NCBI GenBank assembly: GCA_963660495.1
Contig: CAVKYO010000006.1
Span: 1,810 to 65,809, forward strand
Origin: Acidaminococcus fermentans
GTDB lineage: Bacteria > Bacillota_I > Bacilli_A > RF39 > UBA660
Direction of reading: 5' to 3'
Length of the DNA: 64,000 nt
The position numbers were made by a program, and so were the translations under genes. A model generated the notes under the pieces. It was not told where the DNA came from. It ran no database searches and saw only the letters and a list, made by a program, of their open reading frames with translations. Positions 56,995-64,000 of the stretch are shown in pieces. The first letter of the stretch is position 1, and every line of letters starts with the position of its first letter.

Positions 56995-57949
56995 TTTCCA
57001 ACGTCTCCTCTTTACTATTATATTCTAATAAGAACTGATCTAAGTCATTCATTAATTCCATAGCCTCATCAAATGTCTTTAACTTAACACCAGAAGCTTG
57101 TTTATGTCCACCACCATGATACTTCTCAGCTATATGATTTATTCCTGGACCACGGGACCTAATAGAAACTCTAATCTGATCATTTTTTAAATCCTCAGTA
57201 ATAGTAGCCCAAACCAAAACTTCATTGATAAAGTTAAAATTATTAACTAAGTTACCAGCAGAAGCACTATCAACACCAAACTTATTAATAATTTCATCTG
57301 TTATCTTAATATATCCCAGTTTATTTTCTGTAACAGTCATATTAAGTGATATATATCCTTCTAATCTAACCTCATTCAAAGGTCTAGAATAAAGTTGTTG
57401 ATACAAAGGAGAAATGTCAAATTTATATTCATCTAAATATTCAGAAACTAAATTAAATGTTTCTGCTGTACAACTACTAAATAAGAAACGATTAGAATCA
57501 GATACAAGTCCCATAAATAATACTTCAGCAATCTCTTTATTGCATTTTAATCCCGTATTTTTTATTAATTTCATAATAACTTCACAAGCAGATGTTGCTG
57601 TATCTTCAATTAATTCTAAATCACAGAACTTTTCAATAAAAGGATGATGATCAATTTTAATAGTGTAATCAAAATCATCTACATTAGGTCCATCAACACG
57701 TCTTCTATCAGGTGTATCAGTAACTATAAGTAAAGCATTATTAAATTTTTCCAACTTATCTAACTTTCCTAAAAAAGTAAACTTTGCACTACCAGTACCA
57801 ACTGCAAATACCTTCTTATCTGGAAAAGTAAGCTTAATTGAATCCCTTAAAGCTATTTGACTAGCCATAGCATCAGGATCAACACCTATATGTCTAGCAA
57901 TTACAATTGTATTATATTTTTTTATTTCCTTAAATATTTTCTTATACAT
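56984..57949 (-). CDS. nrnA: DHH/DHHA1 phosphoesterase NrnA-like (bifunctional oligoribonuclease/pAp phosphatase)
   Basis: DHH motifs (ARHIGVDPDAMAS, DHH) and DHHA1 GGGH. 321 aa. Confidence 0.75.
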   Translation of the reverse strand: MYKKIFKEIKKYNTIVIARHIGVDPDAMASQIALRDSIKLTFPDKKVFAVGTGSAKFTFLGKLDKLEKFNNALLIVTDTPDRRRVDGPNVDDFDYTIKIDHHPFIEKFCDLELIEDTATSACEVIMKLIKNTGLKCNKEIAEVLFMGLVSDSNRFLFSSCTAETFNLVSEYLDEYKFDISPLYQQLYSRPLNEVRLEGYISLNMTVTENKLGYIKITDEIINKFGVDSASAGNLVNNFNFINEVLVWATITEDLKNDQIRVSIRSRGPGINHIAEKYHGGGHKQASGVKLKTFDEAMELMNDLDQFLLEYNSKEETLENGD

Positions 57950-57959
57950 TACACATTTC

Positions 57960-59144
57960 CTATCTATTAATTAAATTATAAGTATCTTTAGCGATAACAG
58001 TCTCCTCATCAACAGGAACAACATATACCAAAACTTTAGATTTCTTACTACTAATCTTTTCTATAGAATTACCAAGCTCTACTATATTACTATCAATTTC
58101 TACTCCTAAACAAGATAATCTATTGCAAATATCCTTAAGTATATCAAAATTATTAACTAAAACATCAGAAGTAAAAGTAATAATATCAACACCATTTAAC
58201 AAAACATAATATTGTGCTATATAATCAACTATTCTTCTAATAAACTTATCTATCGCAACACTTGCTTTATGATTAGAAGAATTACTTTCCCTAACAATAT
58301 CATTTATATTATCAGATATCTCACTCATTCCAAATAATCCAGATTTATTATTCAAGTCATCTATAACTTCAGAAGCATTTTTACCTTCACGTTCCATTAT
58401 ATATGGAATTATAGAAGTATCAACATCACCAGATTTAGTACTCATTATTAAACCAGATAAAGGAGTAAATCCCATTGAGTTATCAACACATTTACCATTC
58501 TTAATAGCAGAAATAGAGCCAGTTGCATCATTAATACGACAACTTATTAATTTATACTCATCACTACCAACAATCTTTTTAACTTCTTTAGAAACATATT
58601 TATGGCTTATAGCATGAAATCCATATTTTCTTAAACCATATTCACTATACCAAGAATAAGGAACAGGATATAAATAATTACTTTCTTCCATATCACTAGC
58701 AAAAGAAGTATCAAAAAAAGCTACCTGCATAGTATCTGGCATTACCTTTTTAAAAGCTTTAATAGTACTAACACTACTACCATCATACATTGGAAATTCA
58801 TCTTTTAACACTTCCAACTTCTCCATTACATTTTCACCAAGTAAAACACCATTATCAAACAAATCCCTACCATGAATTACTTTATGACCAATGGCACTTA
58901 TCTCAAATGAAGACTTAATAATATCCAAACTAATTAATTTATCTAATAAAATATTCGCAACATCTAAAAAAGAAGTACATTCTATTTCTTGTACAAATTT
59001 ATCCTCTTTATATATAATTGAACAAGTACTACCTTCCATACCTATTCTTTCAAACAAACCCTTAGCAAATACAGAATTACTATCTATATCAAATAAACAA
59101 AATTTTAAATAATCATTAACGGCATTAATAGATAGAATTTTCAT
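57960..59144 (-). CDS. Acetate/propionate kinase family protein (divergent paralog)
   Basis: The ASKHA fold is recognisable. ILSINAVNDYLKF, AFFDTSFASDME and YGFHAISH correspond to the AckA motifs ILVxNCGSSSxKY, AFFDTAFHxTMP and YGFHGTSH, each with substitutions. Confidence 0.55.
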   Translation of the reverse strand: MKILSINAVNDYLKFCLFDIDSNSVFAKGLFERIGMEGSTCSIIYKEDKFVQEIECTSFLDVANILLDKLISLDIIKSSFEISAIGHKVIHGRDLFDNGVLLGENVMEKLEVLKDEFPMYDGSSVSTIKAFKKVMPDTMQVAFFDTSFASDMEESNYLYPVPYSWYSEYGLRKYGFHAISHKYVSKEVKKIVGSDEYKLISCRINDATGSISAIKNGKCVDNSMGFTPLSGLIMSTKSGDVDTSIIPYIMEREGKNASEVIDDLNNKSGLFGMSEISDNINDIVRESNSSNHKASVAIDKFIRRIVDYIAQYYVLLNGVDIITFTSDVLVNNFDILKDICNRLSCLGVEIDSNIVELGNSIEKISSKKSKVLVYVVPVDEETVIAKDTYNLINR

Positions 59145-59255
59145 AATAAGTCCCTCATTTCTAAATCTATTAATATTATACTACAGCATATCAAAAATTA
59201 CAAAACAAAAGATAGACTAGAAAAAGCCTATCTTTTAAGCTATAAATTATTTAAC

Positions 59256-59471
59256 TTATTTATTTGTATTATAGCTTCCAGAAACTTGATTTAAACCGTT
59301 TTGTACTAAACGTCTAGTAATTTCACCACCAACTGAACCATTTGCACGGCTAGTAGCATCAGCACCTAAGTTTACACCAAATTCATTAGCTATTTCATAT
59401 TTCATTTTATCAATAGCTTGTTTAGCACCTGGAACTCTCATTTTCATAGAAGAATTCTTTGTATTATTCAT
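59256..59471 (-). CDS. sspA: Alpha/beta-type small acid-soluble spore protein
   Basis: [38 protein letters not shown] matches the SASP alpha/beta signatures almost exactly. A GGAGG RBS is present. Confidence 0.85.
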   Translation of the reverse strand: MNNTKNSSMKMRVPGAKQAIDKMKYEIANEFGVNLGADATSRANGSVGGEITRRLVQNGLNQVSGSYNTNK

Positions 59472-59540
59472 TGTTTCACCTCCTATACACTAATAGGTTG
59501 TGAACTTTTTCACAAATAATACGTAATTTTTTTTGGTAAA

Positions 59541-60728
59541 TTATAACAATTTTTCAAACTCTTCTTCAACTTTATCAAAAACTTTAATAGTTGTTATAGT
59601 ATCAACTGCTTCATTAATCATATTTTCATAATCAAACTTAGTCTCTTCTTTTATAGAAACATCTATTCTAGGATTAATAACAGGATGAGCTGGTACAAAA
59701 ACAGTACAACAGTCTTCATATGGTAAAATACTAGTTTCATATGTATCTATTTTTTTAGCAATATCAATTATTTCTAATTTATCCAAACAAGCAACTGGTC
59801 TAATAACAGGAACATTAGTAACACTATTAATAACAGCCATACTCGTTAATGTTTGACTAGCGACTTGTCCAACACTTTCCCCATTAATTATTACATAGCC
59901 ATTATGACTCTTAACAATTCTTTCCATAATACGATACATCATTCTACGCATAATAGTAATACAATAATCAGCTCTACAATTTTTATAAATTGCTTCTTGA
60001 ATAGGCGTAAAATTAACAATATGTAAATTAATATAATTAGTATAATTACTAAGTTTTTTAGTAAGAGAAATAACTTTATTTCTAGCTTCCAAACTAGTAT
60101 GAGGAATAGCCTCAAAATAAACAGCTTCTAATTTTATACCTCTCTTCATTGCTAAATATCCCGCAACAGGAGAATCTATTCCTCCAGATAACATTAACAT
60201 ACCTTTAGGTTGCGTACCAACTGGATATCCACCAGCACCAGAGTAACTATTTAAATAAATATAAGAATTTTTTTCTCTAATTTCAACTTGAACTAAAACT
60301 TCAGGATTATGAACATCTACTTTAATATCATCTATATTTTTAAGAATTACTCCACCCAATTTTTTACTAAATTCCACACTATCTAAAGGAAAAGCTTTAA
60401 AACTTCTCTTAGTTTCCACTTTAAAACTAGAAAATGACATATCTTTTAAAATATCCACAGCTTTATTACAAATATCCTCAGTATTAGTATCAACAATATA
60501 AGCAATATGATACATATGAATACCAAAGATACCATCAATACATTTTTTTATATCATCAAGTTCACTATCTTTAAATTCAATATACATTCTAGCTCTATCT
60601 TTACTTATTTTAACATCATATTTACTTAACTTATTTCTAACATTATTATACAAAGTATTTATAAAGAAATTTCTATTTCCTTTTTTAGTACTAAGTTCAC
60701 CATATTTAATTAATATAACTCTCTCCAT
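59541..60728 (-). CDS. thiI: tRNA 4-thiouridine synthase ThiI
   Basis: THUMP domain followed by the PP-loop SGGIDSPVAG. 395 aa. It is adjacent to sspA and ezrA as in B. subtilis. Confidence 0.85.
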   Translation of the reverse strand: MERVILIKYGELSTKKGNRNFFINTLYNNVRNKLSKYDVKISKDRARMYIEFKDSELDDIKKCIDGIFGIHMYHIAYIVDTNTEDICNKAVDILKDMSFSSFKVETKRSFKAFPLDSVEFSKKLGGVILKNIDDIKVDVHNPEVLVQVEIREKNSYIYLNSYSGAGGYPVGTQPKGMLMLSGGIDSPVAGYLAMKRGIKLEAVYFEAIPHTSLEARNKVISLTKKLSNYTNYINLHIVNFTPIQEAIYKNCRADYCITIMRRMMYRIMERIVKSHNGYVIINGESVGQVASQTLTSMAVINSVTNVPVIRPVACLDKLEIIDIAKKIDTYETSILPYEDCCTVFVPAHPVINPRIDVSIKEETKFDYENMINEAVDTITTIKVFDKVEEEFEKLL

Positions 60729-60789
60729 TTACATCACCAGCGCTATTTTATCACAGAAAGACATAAAAAAACAAGAACAAAAGTCCTTG

Positions 60790-62499
60790 TTAATAACCTT
60801 CACTATTAAATAGCTTTTTAGATATTTCATTATCTATTAAAGAAATAGTTCTAATCGCTATATCCAATGACTTTTTATAATCACCCATAAAGAATTTATC
60901 TCTAGCATCATTAAGTCCAGCATCTACTTCTTCATAATCACGATATCTATTTCCATATACAATAGCAATCTCCGCACATTGTGCCATTCTAATCATTTCA
61001 TTGGTAGTATTATATAGTTTTAAAACTAAATCTCTTGCTGTATCAACTCTTGTATTTAAAGTTTTAATAACAATAGGTTTTTTCTCTAATTCTTTAATAA
61101 CTTCATATATTGCCTCATTTGCTTCTGATAATTGTACAAAATAATTATCTGTAATAACTGGCAATTTATAAGTTCTCATTCTATATTTACATTGTTTTAA
61201 GAATTCTTGAATTTCATTTAATTGCTCTCTGGCTCTAACTTCATCATCATACATATTACCAAGTGATTTTAAAGACTTATCCAACTCCTCTTCCATATTT
61301 TTTAAACGTACAGTTAAATCTTCTATCTCTTTATTTAACATAGTATAAGGTGTAGAATTAGCTTCTACTTTAGCAATTAATTTCTTATAATCATCATTAA
61401 TTACAACTAAACTCTTATTAACTTTATGAATTATATCAACATCTTCATCATTTAAATCATATAAGTTTTTAATATCATCAAGTTGTAAATACACATCATT
61501 TACTAATTTATTAGTCTTTTCAATCTTCTTAGAAAAATCATTTTCAATCTCCTCATATACTTTTCTAGCTAATCTCTCTTTTTCAAAATCAATAAATAAT
61601 GAGTCTAAGTATTCTAACATAGTCTTTAAATCAAACATACATCCTTCAAGATTTAAAACATTTACTTTATCTAAAACACCTTCTACATTCTTATTAATTT
61701 CATCTAAATTATAGTCAATATTTAAATAATCTAATGGAAATCCTTGACTAATTAATTCATCATAATTATCTTTAACTTCTTTTACTCTTTTTGGAATAAT
61801 TTGATTAGCCATTAGTAAAACATCTGGAACTTCTTTGACTATAATATCGATATGTTCTATCATAGTATCCAATGCTTTAACAACATGAACAACTTCTGCA
61901 TAATCATTATCTTCCATTACTTTTTCAAAGTCCAAAAATCTTCTTTCAATATTCTCTAGCTGCAAAGTAATAGGTTCTTGCATTTGTTCATATAATTGTT
62001 TATGATCTTGAAATTCTTTATTAAGAACTCTATATTTTGTTTTTAATTTTGTAACTATAGCCCTATATTTTTCTTCACTCAAAGTAATATCTTTAATTTC
62101 TTCTAATAAATTATCAGCAGCTTCTCTAACTTTATAGATTTCCATTTCTATTTTAGCCATAGAATAACTGCAAGACTTATAGTCTCTTTTATCAACATAA
62201 ATATCTAAGTCTATTAACATATCATCAATTAATGTTAATCTGTTTTCTTTAAGAGAAATAAACTCATCATGCCATTTATTATATTTTTCTTCCATCTTAT
62301 CATTCTTGATAATTGGCTCTACTTTAGATAATTCTAAAAGAACAGGAGTTGACGCTACTACATTTCTTTGTTTTTCTAGCTCTTTAATCTTATCTCGATA
62401 ATACTTCATTTCAAATTGCTTAATAAAGTGAAGAATAATAATAACAATAACAAGCGCAATAACAACAGCTGAGCCGATAATTAAATATTGTCCTTGCAT
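60790..62499 (-). CDS. ezrA: Septation ring formation regulator EzrA
   Basis: N-terminal TM, then ~540 aa of spectrin-like coiled-coil repeats. The start at MQGQYLIIG has an AAGAGGTGAGG RBS. Confidence 0.7.
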   Translation of the reverse strand: MQGQYLIIGSAVVIALVIVIIILHFIKQFEMKYYRDKIKELEKQRNVVASTPVLLELSKVEPIIKNDKMEEKYNKWHDEFISLKENRLTLIDDMLIDLDIYVDKRDYKSCSYSMAKIEMEIYKVREAADNLLEEIKDITLSEEKYRAIVTKLKTKYRVLNKEFQDHKQLYEQMQEPITLQLENIERRFLDFEKVMEDNDYAEVVHVVKALDTMIEHIDIIVKEVPDVLLMANQIIPKRVKEVKDNYDELISQGFPLDYLNIDYNLDEINKNVEGVLDKVNVLNLEGCMFDLKTMLEYLDSLFIDFEKERLARKVYEEIENDFSKKIEKTNKLVNDVYLQLDDIKNLYDLNDEDVDIIHKVNKSLVVINDDYKKLIAKVEANSTPYTMLNKEIEDLTVRLKNMEEELDKSLKSLGNMYDDEVRAREQLNEIQEFLKQCKYRMRTYKLPVITDNYFVQLSEANEAIYEVIKELEKKPIVIKTLNTRVDTARDLVLKLYNTTNEMIRMAQCAEIAIVYGNRYRDYEEVDAGLNDARDKFFMGDYKKSLDIAIRTISLIDNEISKKLFNSEGY

Positions 62500-62680
62500 A
62501 TCCTCACCTCTTATTCTAGTATAAGAATATTTTAACACAAGAATACACTTTTTATCTACAATTTTATAAAAGATTTGTCGAAAACATACACTTCTAAACA
62601 AGCAAAATATGTAAAGTAATAAATTTATTAATTTTATAAATTGCTAATAAAAGAAAAAAATAATACAATGAATATAAAGT

Positions 62681-63493
62681 ATGGAGGAAGCTATGAGTAA
62701 AAAGAAAAAAATTATTGCTGCAATATTAATTATTATTGGAATTATTTTAATCAGTGTTGGTGGATATACAATTATTCAAGGAAAAGATATTAAACAAAGT
62801 GAAAAAAGTGAAAAAACAGAAGAAACAACAACAAGTATAAATACTGAAATTAAAAAATTGAATGAAAATGAAGACTGGATATATGAAGCCCAATATGAAA
62901 AAAATATAGTAGAGCATGAAAAAAAATTAATAAGTGCCGATCAGATTAAAGCTCCATATATTAATATCGATTCAGAATATGCAAAAGAAGCAAATGAGGA
63001 AATAAAAGCCACATTTAATGAAGCAATAAAAACTTATAATGAAGAAGTTAATGAAGCATCGCCAATATTAGATGAATGTAATTACAATCAATACATAGGA
63101 GAAAATATAGCATCATTAATAACAACATATTCATACCATTATTCAGATTTACCAAGACCAAAATACAAAACATATAACATAAGTTTAAAAACAGGTAAAA
63201 AATTAACTTATGAAGAAGTATATAAAGAATTAGGATATAGTGAAGACAATATAGAACAATTTGTAGAAAATGCAGTAGCAAATAAACTAAAAGAATATCT
63301 AATTGAAATGAGCTATGTAACTAAAGAAGACTACAATACCTATAAAAATGAAAGTATAAATAATTACAAAAATTCATTAAAAGATAATACACTACAATAC
63401 TTTGTAAATGAAGATGGAAAATTATCAATCATTGTAAAACTAATCATCCCAGCTGGTGCAGGCGAATTTAATAAAATAGTAACCATAAATTAG
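62681..63493 (+). CDS. Hypothetical membrane-anchored protein
   Basis: 270 aa with an N-terminal TM (IIAAILIIIGIILISVGG) and a GGAGG RBS. No motif. Confidence 0.4.
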   Translation: MEEAMSKKKKIIAAILIIIGIILISVGGYTIIQGKDIKQSEKSEKTEETTTSINTEIKKLNENEDWIYEAQYEKNIVEHEKKLISADQIKAPYINIDSEYAKEANEEIKATFNEAIKTYNEEVNEASPILDECNYNQYIGENIASLITTYSYHYSDLPRPKYKTYNISLKTGKKLTYEEVYKELGYSEDNIEQFVENAVANKLKEYLIEMSYVTKEDYNTYKNESINNYKNSLKDNTLQYFVNEDGKLSIIVKLIIPAGAGEFNKIVTIN

Positions 63494-63514
63494 ACAAAAA
63501 TATAGAGGTAAGAA

Positions 63515-64000
63515 ATGAATAAAAATAAAAAAGCTAATTATTGTATCACTAATAATAATTGGAGTTTTACTAACTACCATTGGTGAATATATAAATATAC
63601 AAAGAAAAAACACAAAGACAAATGAAAATAACAGTACAACAGAAGAAACAAACAAAGAAGATGATAGTTTATTAAGACTAATCGAAAAAGTAAAAATAAA
63701 TAATTTTATAGATATAGCCATAGCATATGGAAGTGCAGGACAAACACTCTGGATAGCCGACGGCTTAATATGTAATGGAATAGAATCATCAAAAATAACT
63801 AATGGAGAAACTATATTGAAATCAATACATCAGGCACAAAACTCAATCCAGCAACCAATACTTTTACTACTGAAAAAATAACAGTTCCACAATTGATTGA
63901 AATACAAGATGCAGGAAGATCTCCATGGGATAAACGCAAAATAATCAGCTATATTAAAATTAATGTAACAGCAAACAATCCAACTTTTTCGATAAAACTA
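63515..64000 (+). pseudogene. Paralog of the preceding gene with apparent frameshifts (possible pseudogene or homopolymer errors); runs to the window end
   Basis: ATG AAT AAA AAT AAA AAA GCT... shifts frame after an A6 run. Removing one A restores MNKNKKLIIVSLIIIGVLLTTIGEY, which parallels the N-terminus of 62681..63493. A second frame change occurs near 63870 at an A7 run. Confidence 0.3.

Noticed and set aside
59472-59545. Possible forespore sigma-G/F promoter upstream of the SASP gene
   Set aside because: I looked for GnATA-N17/18-CATnnTA. Only weak matches (GTATT ... CAACCTA) with poor spacing were found, so I am not confident enough to annotate it.
1-64000. CRISPR arrays, tRNA and rRNA genes
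   Set aside because: I scanned for regularly spaced direct repeats and for tRNA T-arm motifs (GGTTCGAATCC and variants) on both strands and found none. The only strongly periodic DNA is the coding repeat inside 23326-24678. The only clear structured RNA is rnpB.

Overview
This is a very AT-rich (~27-28% GC) chromosomal window from a spore-forming low-GC Firmicute. Gene order is Bacillus-like: rodZ-pgsA-recA, gpsB next to a type-B RNase P RNA, recU-ponA, dnaD-nth, ezrA-thiI-sspA. That suggests a low-GC Bacilli/Erysipelotrichia-like lineage rather than classical Clostridia, but taxonomy is not certain from sequence alone. Most of the window is housekeeping:
- a CoA-transferase, a VanY-type carboxypeptidase, pyrimidine-nucleoside phosphorylase and SSB;
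- a sufC-sufD(short)-sufS-sufU-X-sufB operon;
- a HIT protein, PrsA, RecX, RpoZ, Ffh, FtsY/YlxM, RNase J, RNase Y, MurE, RecA, PgsA and RodZ;
- RNase P RNA, GpsB, RecU, PBP1A, Nth, DnaD, CCA enzyme and HU;
- Der, EngB, NrnA, an acetate-kinase paralog, ThiI and EzrA.
Sporulation genes are scattered through the window: a CotD-like coat protein, an alpha/beta SASP, two YjcZ-like tiny TM peptides, a SpoVIF-like ORF and spoIVA.

The most notable feature is that spoIVA is split in two. About 3.6 kb separate the N-terminal 121 codons (51260..51622) from the in-frame remainder (55254..56366). The intervening DNA carries a large serine recombinase next to the right junction and a RhuM-family cargo gene. 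Imperfect inverted repeats lie near both junctions, and the two halves share a CTGG junction core. This is the architecture of a skin-like, developmentally excised intervening element. Whether spoIVA-interrupting elements have been described before I cannot verify from here.

Other points of interest:
- a HerA/DUF87-type ATPase with a ~250-aa N/S/Q-rich low-complexity tail, placed between ylxM and ffh as its own transcription unit;
- a protein built of about eleven tandem ~36-aa repeats of unknown family, in a putative coat-gene cluster;
- a sortase with two xPxTG-type substrates;
- a minimal SufD plus an unknown ORF inside the suf operon.
No CRISPR arrays, rRNA or tRNA genes were found.
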